Shown here: in pieces, positions 31,836-41,358 of the stretch | How positions within the stretch are numbered: the first letter of the stretch is position 1 | Layout of the letters: the number at the start of each line of letters is the position of its first letter | Assembly: GCA_002691045.1 (NCBI GenBank) | Contig: NZGN01000018.1 | Coordinates: 14,785 to 78,784, forward strand | Reading direction: 5' to 3' | Origin: Marinovum sp. | GTDB lineage: Bacteria; Pseudomonadota; Alphaproteobacteria; Rhodobacterales; Rhodobacteraceae | DNA length: 64,000 nucleotides | The notes under the pieces: model-generated | The model's database searches: none | What the model was told of the DNA's origin: nothing | The model's input: only the letters and a program-made list of their open reading frames with translations | Made by a program: the position numbers and the translations under genes

Positions 31836-32723
31836 TTATTTTTTCACGCCTGGTATAGCTTTCAAATATTTGGCTATTGAAAGCCTATCTTCTTCTGTAA
31901 GTCTAGATGTATTTTTTATAACATCAACCATATGTCCACCTGCCACATCAAAATCTGGAGTGAAACCACTCGTTAAATATTCAACTATTTCCTCCTCACT
32001 CCAGTGTAATTTTGCTGGGGTGATGTTTGGTATTATCCCTTTTCCAGCGGGGTTCTTTGCCCCACCAAGCCAATATTCATATTGTAAACCACCAATAAGG
32101 TTTCTTGATGTATGACACTCACCACAATGAGCAAGTGTTTCTACTAAGTATGCCCCCCTTTCAACCGTCGGATCTGAAGAAATTAATTTTACGGTAGGCT
32201 CAGAATTATTCAATAATTTCCAAAATGCTACGGGCCTCCTCCAAAGCATGTAAATTGGAAGATCATGATCAATTGACGGTTTGGAACTTTCTGGAATGGA
32301 TTTAAAATATACCCATAGATCTGCAATATCTTGATCTGTCATATTAGCATATGCAGTATAGGGAAAAGATGGGTAGTAATGTTTTCCTTCCGGCGAAACT
32401 CCATGACGTACCGCGTTTACAAAATCTTTCTCAGACCAAGCACCTATCCCATGTACTTTGTCCATCGAAATATTTGGCGCGTAGAATATTCCAAATGGAG
32501 ACGGAAAGGCACGACCACCTGTCAGTACTAACTTCTCTTCTTCTGTGGTGTCTGGACTAGAATGACAACTGGAACAACCTGATGCATCAAAAATATATTC
32601 GCCCTTTTTTAAACTGCCTTGATAATTCTCAACAGAAGAAAACTCCGGTATTTTTACAGAAGTTATTACCAAAAACGCCAACATTAAAATTACAGCGAAA
32701 GTACTTAGAGCAATTATTTTCAA
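31836..32723 (-). CDS. Di-heme c-type cytochrome (membrane-anchored)
   Basis: Two CxxCH motifs (CSSCH, CGECH), PFG.FYAPNI, YP.FPY and N-terminal TM. Confidence 0.88.
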   Translation of the reverse strand: MKIIALSTFAVILMLAFLVITSVKIPEFSSVENYQGSLKKGEYIFDASGCSSCHSSPDTTEEEKLVLTGGRAFPSPFGIFYAPNISMDKVHGIGAWSEKDFVNAVRHGVSPEGKHYYPSFPYTAYANMTDQDIADLWVYFKSIPESSKPSIDHDLPIYMLWRRPVAFWKLLNNSEPTVKLISSDPTVERGAYLVETLAHCGECHTSRNLIGGLQYEYWLGGAKNPAGKGIIPNITPAKLHWSEEEIVEYLTSGFTPDFDVAGGHMVDVIKNTSRLTEEDRLSIAKYLKAIPGVKK

Positions 32724-32806
32724 AAGATCCTCAACTTAATATAGGTATTTGCAAAACTTTCGTTACTATGGAGATGTAAATTCTTTACAAAGTTAGAGCA
32801 TCCGCA

Positions 32807-34798
32807 GTGAAAGAAAACCTTAAAAAAATAAAAGTAGATGACAATTTAGGGATTATCTTATCTGATGGCTGTAGGCTATCTGCTCGTACTTGGATGCCAG
32901 AAAATGCCTATGACTCTCCGGTGCCCGTAATACTAGAGTATTTACCATACCGGAAACGTGACGGTACAATTGCACGAGATGAATTAACCCACCCATATTT
33001 TGCAAAAAACGGCTATGCGTCTGTTCGTGTAGATATTCGAGGTAATGGCGATAGCCAAGGAACCATGGCAGACGAATACACACCACAGGAATTAAGTGAT
33101 GCCGTGGAAGTAATTAATTGGTTAGCAAAGCAACCATGGTGTTCAGGAACTGTTGGCATGATGGGGATAAGCTGGGGTGGCTTCAATGCCCTTCAAGTTG
33201 CAGCTCTTCAACCTAAGCCACTGAAAGCTATCATCACTTTATGCTCTACAGTGGATAGGTACGCAGATGATATTCACTATAAGGGTGGATGTTTATTAAA
33301 TGAAAATCTTGGTTGGGGCTCGACCATGTGGGCCTATTCTTCACGACCGCCAGACCCTGATTTGGTGGGCGATTCTTGGAAAGATATGTGGCGAGAGAGA
33401 TTAGAGGCTGAACCGTTTCTTCCTATTGAGTGGCTTAAACATCAAAGGAGAGATGATTATTGGAAACATGGATCAGTCTGTGAAGATTATTCAAAAATTA
33501 AAGCGGCTACTTTAGCAATTGGTGGATGGGGAGATGCTTATAAGAATACAGTATCACATCTTGTTGAAAATTTATCTTGTCCCGTTAAAGGCATAGTAGG
33601 TCCGTGGGTGCATAAATATCCACACTTCGCAGTCCCAGGACCAAGAATTGATTTTTTGCATGAAGCATTAAGATGGTGGGACCGTTGGCTTAAAAACAAA
33701 AATACAGGAGTTGAAGACGATCCAGCATACACAGTTTATCTCATGGATGGTGTCAAGCCTAAAACTTCTTATAAGTACAGAAACGGTCATTGGATTAGCT
33801 TTCAAGATTGGCCGAAACAATCTTCAAACAAAACATTGTATCTGAATGATAAATCAGAATTGGCTGAAGAAAAAACTAATATAAATAAAATGATATCATC
33901 ACCACAAACATGCGGACTTGATAGCGGAGAATACTGTGCAATTTGGCTTGGCCCTGAGCTGCCTGGCGATCAACGCATAGACGATGCACAGTCCGCTTGC
34001 TTTACAACCGGCAAATTGAGCAACCAATTAGACATCGTGGGAGCGCCAAAAGTAAAATTGAAACTGAGATCATCGACTTGTACTGCCCAAATTGCAGTTC
34101 GATTGAATCATATCCACCCCGATGGGGCATCAACAAGAATAACCTATGGGGTTTTTAATCTTGGACATGTTGACGGTCATGAAACGCCAAGACGCCTTAA
34201 AAAGGGTGAAACTATTTCAATTGTCTTTGATTTAGATCAGATAGCCTATCGCATTTTTAAAGGTCATAAAATTAGACTATCTATTTCAAATTCATATTGG
34301 CCACTTTTATGGCCCACACCGGATAAAAGTGAAATTGCGATTATTGAAGGAAGCATTGAAATACCTGTTATCAACGGCAGTATCGAAAACACGCGCAATT
34401 TTTTACCAGAAAAGACAGATGAACCTTGGAAAACTGAAACACTAAGAGAAGCTTCAAACTCTAGAAAAATAACTCGCGATATTGGATCAGATGGCTCAAT
34501 ATTAGAAATCATCGATGACTTTGGATTGGTTCGTGACTTAAAACATGATCTAGAAATTGGATCTATAGCAAGAGAATGGTGGTCAATTCATCCCGATGAT
34601 CCTCTCTCAGCTGAAGGCAAAACTCACTGGACAGAAGAGAGAAGTCGCGGAGCATGGAAAACACGCACAGAAACATATGCCAAGATGAACAGTGACGCAG
34701 AGAATTTCTATATTTACGCAAAACTGGAAGCCTATGAGAATGAAATACTATTCTTCGAGAAGGAAATATCAGAAACCATAAGTCGAGATTCACACTAA
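32807..34798 (+). CDS. CocE/NonD family serine hydrolase (X-Pro dipeptidyl peptidase-like)
   Basis: LEYLPYRKRD, DIRG.GDS.G, nucleophile elbow GISWGG, GGW.D.Y and GPW.H motifs. Confidence 0.9.
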   Translation: MKENLKKIKVDDNLGIILSDGCRLSARTWMPENAYDSPVPVILEYLPYRKRDGTIARDELTHPYFAKNGYASVRVDIRGNGDSQGTMADEYTPQELSDAVEVINWLAKQPWCSGTVGMMGISWGGFNALQVAALQPKPLKAIITLCSTVDRYADDIHYKGGCLLNENLGWGSTMWAYSSRPPDPDLVGDSWKDMWRERLEAEPFLPIEWLKHQRRDDYWKHGSVCEDYSKIKAATLAIGGWGDAYKNTVSHLVENLSCPVKGIVGPWVHKYPHFAVPGPRIDFLHEALRWWDRWLKNKNTGVEDDPAYTVYLMDGVKPKTSYKYRNGHWISFQDWPKQSSNKTLYLNDKSELAEEKTNINKMISSPQTCGLDSGEYCAIWLGPELPGDQRIDDAQSACFTTGKLSNQLDIVGAPKVKLKLRSSTCTAQIAVRLNHIHPDGASTRITYGVFNLGHVDGHETPRRLKKGETISIVFDLDQIAYRIFKGHKIRLSISNSYWPLLWPTPDKSEIAIIEGSIEIPVINGSIENTRNFLPEKTDEPWKTETLREASNSRKITRDIGSDGSILEIIDDFGLVRDLKHDLEIGSIAREWWSIHPDDPLSAEGKTHWTEERSRGAWKTRTETYAKMNSDAENFYIYAKLEAYENEILFFEKEISETISRDSH

Positions 34799-34852
34799 TT
34801 CAGAAAAAATTTGTCCTGATAACAACAAAAAAGTTAAATTTCACTTGCTTTT

Positions 34853-34863
34853 TGGTTCAACCA
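34853..34863. promoter_or_regulatory. Palindromic operator candidate (FadR/PdhR-type) in the SBP promoter
   Basis: TGGTT-C-AACCA palindrome lying between a TTGCTT (-35-like, 34845) and a CATGAT (-10-like, 34869) element. Confidence 0.45.
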
Positions 34864-34915
34864 TTTTGCATGATTGAAGAGATATAACGATAACACACAG
34901 GGAGTCGTAAATAAC

Positions 34916-36514
34916 ATGAGTAAATTAGAGTATAGAGCCATGCAAGAGCTCAAATACAGAAGCGGCCAAATTGATCGGCGAACTTTTGTAAGATCACTAC
35001 TTGCAACTGGTGTAGCGTTACCTTCAGCATTGTCACTTGCTGGTCAAGTTGCTGCATCTACACCAAAAAGTGGTGGCCGTTTTCGTATGGGCCTAGGCCA
35101 TGGATCCACAACAGACACGTTGGACTCAGCAACTTCGGAAAACCACTTCACTCTCGTTAACGGATATACTTTCGGAAACCATCTAACAGAAGTAAGCAAC
35201 ACTGGTGAACTTATACCAGAGTTGGCTGAAAGCTTTGAGTCTGATGATGCTCAAAAGTGGGTTTTCAATCTTAGACAGGGGGTTGAATTCCATAACGGGA
35301 AAACAATGACTTCCGAAGATGTAGTGGCAAGCTACAATCACCACATGGGAGAAGACTCAACATCTGCAGCGAAGGGTCTTCTGACTCAGGTTAAATCCTT
35401 AAAAGCAGATGGAAAGAATAAAGTAATTTTTGAATTAGAAAATCCTAATGCAGACTTTCCATTTATTGTGAGTGATTACCACATATCAATTAGACCTGCA
35501 GGAGATATGGCTTCAGGCGTGGGCACTGGCGGTTATATTCTTCAATCGTTCGAACCAGGCGTAAAATCGGTCCTGAAGAAGAATCCAAACTATTGGAAAG
35601 AAGGGAAAGCCCATTTTGACGAAGTAGAATTAATCTCAATTATTGATCCAACCGCACGGCAAAACGCCCTAACATCAGGCGATATTGACGCAATGGATCG
35701 GGTAGACTTGAAAACAGTTAATCTCTTCAAGCGAAATCAAGACATTTACATTTGGGATGCTACAGGTACAGCGCATTATACTTTCCCAATGAGACTAAGT
35801 GTTGCACCATTTGATAATTATGATCTCAGAATGGCGCTTAAGTGGTCAATCAAGCGTCAGGAATTAGTTGATAAAATCTTATTAGGCTATGGTGCGATCG
35901 GAAACGACCATCCAATTTCTACTGCAAACAGATACCATAATGCAGAGCTACCTCAAAGGGAGTTTGATTCGGATAAAGCTGCTTATCATTATAAAAAATC
36001 TGGGCACTCAGGAAAAATTCAGCTCTCTTCATCCGACGCTGCTTTTGCTGGAGCAGTTGACGCTGCCCAACTTATGGCAGCTTCCGCAGCCGAGGCTGGT
36101 ATAGAGATTGAAGTCATTAGAGAACCTAAGGACGGCTACTGGTCTAACGTCTGGAACAACGACGCCAAAGGATGGTGTGCATGTTACTGGGGTGGAAGAC
36201 CAACTGAAGACTGGATGTTCTCTGCAGCCTACACTGACGATACTGAGTGGAATGATACAGCTTGGAAGACCACTGATGCAGCAGTTAAGTTCAACGGACT
36301 AGTTAAAGAAGCACGAGCTGAATTGGACGACAACAAGCGTCGAGAACTATATTATGAATGCCAGCGTCTAATATACGATGATGGCGGCACAATATGCCCG
36401 ATCTTTAATAGCTATGTAAGCGCTAATTCAAAAGCAGTGGCTACCGATGAAAATAGAGCAGCTAACTGGGATAGCGACGGTGCTAAGTGCGTCGAACGCT
36501 GGTGGTTCGCTTAA
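34916..36514 (+). CDS. Peptide/nickel-type (family 5) ABC substrate-binding protein with Tat signal
   Basis: DRRTFV twin-arginine signal, PELAES, LRQGVEFHNGK and GTG.Y motifs. ATG 34916 follows GGGAG. Confidence 0.9.
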   Translation: MSKLEYRAMQELKYRSGQIDRRTFVRSLLATGVALPSALSLAGQVAASTPKSGGRFRMGLGHGSTTDTLDSATSENHFTLVNGYTFGNHLTEVSNTGELIPELAESFESDDAQKWVFNLRQGVEFHNGKTMTSEDVVASYNHHMGEDSTSAAKGLLTQVKSLKADGKNKVIFELENPNADFPFIVSDYHISIRPAGDMASGVGTGGYILQSFEPGVKSVLKKNPNYWKEGKAHFDEVELISIIDPTARQNALTSGDIDAMDRVDLKTVNLFKRNQDIYIWDATGTAHYTFPMRLSVAPFDNYDLRMALKWSIKRQELVDKILLGYGAIGNDHPISTANRYHNAELPQREFDSDKAAYHYKKSGHSGKIQLSSSDAAFAGAVDAAQLMAASAAEAGIEIEVIREPKDGYWSNVWNNDAKGWCACYWGGRPTEDWMFSAAYTDDTEWNDTAWKTTDAAVKFNGLVKEARAELDDNKRRELYYECQRLIYDDGGTICPIFNSYVSANSKAVATDENRAANWDSDGAKCVERWWFA

Positions 36515-36533
36515 ATTAAAAAATAACTTAATT

Positions 36534-36567
36534 TATGGGCCCTAACAAAGGGCCCATATTTATTTTT
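36534..36567 (+). terminator. Intra-operon stem-loop / intrinsic terminator after the SBP gene
   Basis: TATGGGCCCT-AACAA-AGGGCCCATA, a perfect 10-bp stem, followed by TTTATTTTT. Confidence 0.8.
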
Positions 36568-36585
36568 CAAATAAGGTTATATTTA

Positions 36586-37566
36586 GTGCATCCCGTTTTA
36601 CAGACTGTTCTTGGGCGACTTGGCTTGGGACTGGCAACACTCTTTGTTGTTTCTCTAATTATCTTCTCCGCCATTGAAATGCTTCCAGGAGATTTTGGCC
36701 AAGCTATATTAGGGCAAGCCGCTACTGAAGAAACCGTCGCGGCATTCAGGAGAGAGTTAGGTTTAGATGAGCCTCCCTATGTGAGATATTTGCAATGGGT
36801 TGGCGGCGCTATTCAAGGAGACTTAGGGACATCCTTTTCTGGCCGGAATGCATCGGGAACAGATAGATCTAGAGAAGTCATCGACTTAATCGCTCCTCGC
36901 CTTTGGAATACTCTGTTCTTAGCTAGTGTTACAGCAATTATTGCAGTACCAGTTTCTCTGTTTTTAGGCATCACCAGTGCTTTGTATCGCAATTCTGTTT
37001 ATGATCGAACAGTCAATACAACTACATTAACCACGATATCTTTTCCTGAATTTTTCGTAGCATATATTTTGATTTTATTATTGGCATCGCTTTATCCAAT
37101 ATTCCCATCTCTTGCCAATGTTGATGCCTCAACTCCGTTGAGCGAGCGATTATATAGGAGTGCTCTTCCTGCCTTTACACTCACACTTGTGATTGTTGCG
37201 CACATGATGAGAATGACCCGAGCTGCGATTATTAATCTTTTGGCTAGCCCATACATACAAATGGCCAGATTATCGGGAGCATCACAAACCGAAGTAATAC
37301 TTAAGCATGCTCTACCAAATGCTTGGGCACCTATTGCTACAGTAATTGCTTTTAACTTAGCCTACTTGGTTGTTGGAGTCGTCGTTGTAGAAGTTGTATT
37401 TGTTTATCCTGGAGTTGGTCAATTAATGGTTGATGCCGTCACCAGCAGAGATATTCCAGTAGTGCAGGGATGTGCCCTGATATTTGCAGTCACATACATT
37501 TTATTAAATTTAATAGCTGATATTATCGGAATTATAACAAACCCTAGGTTGCTTCACCCAAAATGA
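36586..37566 (+). CDS. Peptide ABC permease (DppB/OppB-like)
   Basis: LPGD, LGLD.P..VRY..W, GDLG.S, KHALPNA and RD.PVVQ motifs. GTG start at 36586 is preferred. Confidence 0.9.
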   Translation: MHPVLQTVLGRLGLGLATLFVVSLIIFSAIEMLPGDFGQAILGQAATEETVAAFRRELGLDEPPYVRYLQWVGGAIQGDLGTSFSGRNASGTDRSREVIDLIAPRLWNTLFLASVTAIIAVPVSLFLGITSALYRNSVYDRTVNTTTLTTISFPEFFVAYILILLLASLYPIFPSLANVDASTPLSERLYRSALPAFTLTLVIVAHMMRMTRAAIINLLASPYIQMARLSGASQTEVILKHALPNAWAPIATVIAFNLAYLVVGVVVVEVVFVYPGVGQLMVDAVTSRDIPVVQGCALIFAVTYILLNLIADIIGIITNPRLLHPK

Positions 37567-38483
37567 CACAAGAAAAAAATACATACTCGGCAGCTGGTGA
37601 AGTTGGTTCCGTTCTTGAAAAACGGACTTTTTGGGCGCGAGCAAAAATAGAATTATCAAAATCACCCTGGACGGCCCGCTTCGGACTTTTGGTAATATTC
37701 ATATACGCAGTTTTAGCGATATTCGCACCAATATTTGCTCCATACGGAGAAGCAGAAGTTTTTCCAGAACCTTATGCCGCTTGGAGTTCAGAGCATATAT
37801 TCGGTACTGATCAAATTGGGCGTGATATATTTTCGCGAATGATATACGGGGCTCGTAATACAGTTGGAATAGCCGTAGCCACAACATTATTAGCTTTCCT
37901 TATTGGTGGAGCGCTAGGCCTTGCTGCAGCAATTAATCGATCATACATCGATCAACTTCTGAGTAGAGCTGTCGATGTTTTAATGGCAATTCCCAGCCTT
38001 ATATTTGCACTTGTTTTATTATCAATTTTTGGATCAACGGTTACTAATTTAATCATCATTATAGCCGTACTGGACTCCACACGCGTCTTCCGCCTAACGA
38101 GAGCTGTCGCCGTAAATGTCGTGGTGATGGATTATGTTGAAGCTGCCCAATTACGTGGTGAGGGTTTAGGCTGGATTATGCGAAAAGAAATTTTGCCAAA
38201 CATCATGCCGCCTTTAATTGCTGAATTTGGGCTAAGGTTTTGTTTTGTGTTCCTAACTATCGCAGCTCTTTCCTTCCTTGGTGTCGGAATACAGCCGCCC
38301 ACTGCTGACTGGGGATCGATGGTTCGTGATAATGCGTCTTTGATAATGTTTGCCCAATATGATTTAAAAGCTGGCCTAACGCCACTTTTGCCAGCAGCCG
38401 CAATCGCACTTCTTACCGTAGCTATAAATTTTGTTGTGGATTGGTTTTTGCACAAAACAAGTGGAATACGCGATGAGCAGTAA
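37563..38483 (+). CDS. Peptide ABC permease (DppC/OppC-like)
   Basis: FGTDQIGRDIFSRMIYGAR, EAA loop YVEAAQLRG and LSFLGVGIQPP..DWG motifs. Confidence 0.9.
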   Translation: MTQEKNTYSAAGEVGSVLEKRTFWARAKIELSKSPWTARFGLLVIFIYAVLAIFAPIFAPYGEAEVFPEPYAAWSSEHIFGTDQIGRDIFSRMIYGARNTVGIAVATTLLAFLIGGALGLAAAINRSYIDQLLSRAVDVLMAIPSLIFALVLLSIFGSTVTNLIIIIAVLDSTRVFRLTRAVAVNVVVMDYVEAAQLRGEGLGWIMRKEILPNIMPPLIAEFGLRFCFVFLTIAALSFLGVGIQPPTADWGSMVRDNASLIMFAQYDLKAGLTPLLPAAAIALLTVAINFVVDWFLHKTSGIRDEQ

Positions 38484-40089
38484 AAATCAAAAAGCCGACC
38501 CACTTATCCAAATCAATAACCTTAAGATAGAGGGTTTTTCTGACGAACAGTGGCACCCTATTATAAAAGGCGTAAACCTTACGTTAAAGCGAGGGCAAGT
38601 AATGGGCCTTATTGGGGAGTCAGGTGCTGGCAAATCCACACTTGGTTTAGCGGCAATGGGGTATACTCAGCCAGGTTGCAGAATAACCGATGGGGAAATC
38701 ATATTTGACGGGACAGATCTGGCGCAGCTTAATGACAGTGCTAAACAGCAATATTGGGGTAATAGGATGACGTACGTTGCTCAATCGGCGGCCGCATCTT
38801 TTAATCCTGCACATCGTTTAATTGATCAAACGACAGCCTCAGCCATACGATTTAAAATAAAAAATGAAAGTGATGCAAAAAAAGACGCAAAAAGACTGTA
38901 TGAAGCATTAAATCTTCCAAATCCAGAGAGCATAGGAGATCGCTATCCTCACCAGGTGTCTGGTGGACAATTACAACGGATGATGACGGCTATGGCCATG
39001 TCACCAAGACCAGATCTCATAGTATTTGACGAACCTACGACTGCTTTAGATGTTACAACTCAAGTCGAAGTGCTGACTGCTATGAAAAGTATAGTGGAAG
39101 AGTTTAACACAGCTGCGATATATATAACTCACGATTTGGCTGTGGTCGCACAAATGGCAGACGTAATAAAGGTGCTAAGGTATGGCAATGAAATCGAAGA
39201 AGCAGAAACTCGCAAAATGCTCTCCGCCCCCGAACAGGATTACACAAAATCACTTTGGTCGGTCCGATCGTTAGAAAAAAAGCCAGCAAAAGTACAAGAA
39301 CCTATTCTAGAAATTCAGAATATCGATGCGGCTTATGGAAAATTTAAGGTTTTACATGATGTAAACATCTCTGTGCCCAGAGGATCTACTGTTGCAGTGG
39401 TTGGAGAGTCTGGCTCTGGAAAATCAACAACTGCGCGAGTGATAACAGGTCTGTTACCTCAATTGGCGGGCGAAATAAAATTTGATGGACAAATTCTTCC
39501 AAAACGCCTTGAAGATAGAACCAAAGAACAGAAAAGAATTATCCAAATGATTTACCAGATGGCAGATACGGCCATGAATCCCAGACAAACAGTCCGAGAA
39601 ATAATTGGAAGACCCTTGGAGTTCTATTTAAACTTGAAAGGCAGAGAAAAAGAAAGACGCATTTTAGAACTTTTAGATATGATTGAGTTAGATGATCAAT
39701 TCATAGATCGTTTGCCCAGTGAGCTGTCAGGTGGTCAAAAACAACGTATATGTATAGCTAGAGCGCTAGCGGCAAATCCTAAGTTCATAATTTGTGATGA
39801 AGTAACTTCCGCCTTAGATCAAATTGTTCAGGAAGGGATTCTTAAGCTCCTAATGCGATTGCAAAAAGAATTAAATCTGACCTACTTATTCATCACACAC
39901 GACATATCCACAGTACGCGCAATATCAGATGAAGTCGTAGTTATGAACCTAGGTGAAGTCGTCGAGCAGGGTCTTAAGGCAGATGTGTTTAGTCCTCCTC
40001 ATCCGGATTATACAGAACTATTACTTTCATCGGTACCAGAAATGGACCCTGACTGGTTAAAAAACTTAAATGAAAGAAGAAATAGTTGA
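38473..40089 (+). CDS. Fused double ABC ATPase (DppD/DppF-like)
   Basis: GESGAGKS and GESGSGKS Walker A motifs, PHQVSGGQ and LSGGQKQR signatures. Confidence 0.92.
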   Translation: MSSKNQKADPLIQINNLKIEGFSDEQWHPIIKGVNLTLKRGQVMGLIGESGAGKSTLGLAAMGYTQPGCRITDGEIIFDGTDLAQLNDSAKQQYWGNRMTYVAQSAAASFNPAHRLIDQTTASAIRFKIKNESDAKKDAKRLYEALNLPNPESIGDRYPHQVSGGQLQRMMTAMAMSPRPDLIVFDEPTTALDVTTQVEVLTAMKSIVEEFNTAAIYITHDLAVVAQMADVIKVLRYGNEIEEAETRKMLSAPEQDYTKSLWSVRSLEKKPAKVQEPILEIQNIDAAYGKFKVLHDVNISVPRGSTVAVVGESGSGKSTTARVITGLLPQLAGEIKFDGQILPKRLEDRTKEQKRIIQMIYQMADTAMNPRQTVREIIGRPLEFYLNLKGREKERRILELLDMIELDDQFIDRLPSELSGGQKQRICIARALAANPKFIICDEVTSALDQIVQEGILKLLMRLQKELNLTYLFITHDISTVRAISDEVVVMNLGEVVEQGLKADVFSPPHPDYTELLLSSVPEMDPDWLKNLNERRNS

Positions 40090-40115
40090 TCACAAGAAAT
40101 AAAAATTGATCACAA
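40086..40115. repeat. Direct repeat TTGATCACAA x2, 20-bp period
   Basis: Identical 10-mers at 40086-40095 and 40106-40115. Confidence 0.7.
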
Positions 40116-40195
40116 TTTAAATTAATGAAATTTCCATAAAAAATAGATTAGCCCTTGAACACTCTAATGCTCCATCGTAAATAGTGCTGTGTTGC

Positions 40196-40270
40196 TGGGA
40201 TGTAGCCAAGTGGTAAGGCAACTGTTTTTGGTACAGTGTATCGTAGGTTCGAATCCTACCATCCCAGCCA
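40196..40270 (+). tRNA. tRNA-Gln(TTG)
   Basis: TGGGATGTAGCCAAGTGGTAAGGCAACTGT-TTTTGGT-ACAGTGTATCGTAGGTTCGAATCCTACCATCCCAGCCA. Confidence 0.96.
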
Positions 40271-40304
40271 TAACATAAACTGAAAACATAATATTTAGAT
40301 TTTC

Positions 40305-40634
40305 ATGAAAAAAATATTTTCAGCTGTTGTTCTTGTTTTAATAGTGGCAACGCCAGCCAAGTCTGACTTTGCTATTCTCGGTTTTGGGAAAGAAAGTTGT
40401 AGCACTATGGTTTTGAACACGAGTACTGGCTCTCAAATGGACCAAGTATATCAATTTGCTTATACCGCTTACATTCTGGGCTTTTTTACCGGGGTAAACG
40501 CTATGGAGAGCAAATCTACAGGTTTGAAAGAAATAGATACGCTTTTCAAGACTACACGCGAATATTGTGAAAAACATCCTTCGGATAATATCTTCGATGC
40601 CGTTACTAGACTGCTAAGCCAAATAAGAAATTAG
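40305..40634 (+). CDS. Small exported two-cysteine protein (Rap1a/HdeA-like pattern)
   Basis: Signal peptide, G..SC...YILGF.TG.N...YC..HP....DA pattern. Confidence 0.5.
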   Translation: MKKIFSAVVLVLIVATPAKSDFAILGFGKESCSTMVLNTSTGSQMDQVYQFAYTAYILGFFTGVNAMESKSTGLKEIDTLFKTTREYCEKHPSDNIFDAVTRLLSQIRN

Positions 40635-40782
40635 TGAAGATTATCAACTCACAGAGTAAGCTATCTTATATCTCCTCCTTGCTGTGAATATTTGCCGCAA
40701 AAAAATTTCTTTATTCAAATATTTCAGTTGATAGACTGTTTTTAGTAGACGAAAAATAAATTTGATATCAGGGAGGTACATT

Positions 40783-41196
40783 ATGGTAGAGAATTTTGGT
40801 GGCAGTACTTTATATTTAATACTTTATATAATTCAACTTCTAGGGCTTAGCTTTTATAGTTACTTGGTATTATTCAATCCAAAGAAAATTATAAACGATT
40901 ACCAAGTTGGTGACGGCGCAATTGCGCCAATAAGACTAATAGGATCTTTTATTGTTCCAATAGTTTTAATCGGAATATATTTGCTTTTCACTTCCATAGA
41001 AGGCGCATGGATATATTTTGTTTTTGGATTTTTAACATCATTATACCAATTAACTTATGATTTAGGCACAAGATACGGCATAATTGATAAGGGCTACACG
41101 GTAATTAACAAAACAGAAGACACAATACTTTCAATAGTGTTTGTCGTTGTCAACGTTGTGTTAATTTACGGGCTACAAGACAAAATATATGGTTGA
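40783..41196 (+). CDS. Hypothetical 4-TM membrane protein
   Basis: ATG after GGGAGG RBS, four hydrophobic segments. Confidence 0.65.
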   Translation: MVENFGGSTLYLILYIIQLLGLSFYSYLVLFNPKKIINDYQVGDGAIAPIRLIGSFIVPIVLIGIYLLFTSIEGAWIYFVFGFLTSLYQLTYDLGTRYGIIDKGYTVINKTEDTILSIVFVVVNVVLIYGLQDKIYG

Positions 41197-41205
41197 AAAT
41201 TTTGT

Positions 41206-41232
41206 GATGGCTGTTTTTTCCAAGCAGCCATC
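41206..41232 (+). terminator. Stem-loop after the membrane protein gene
   Basis: GATGGCTG...CAGCCATC inverted repeat 10 nt after the stop codon. No clear U-tract on the + strand. Confidence 0.5.
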
Positions 41233-41358
41233 TGACTCAGCAAATTTTTAAATTTTGCTATCTACTGTCGCTACAATTTTATATTCCCGAATGATTTAGA
41301 AACTTAGATTAGCCAATCAATATTAATTTTCAAACTAACTCAGATCTGAGGATAAGAA

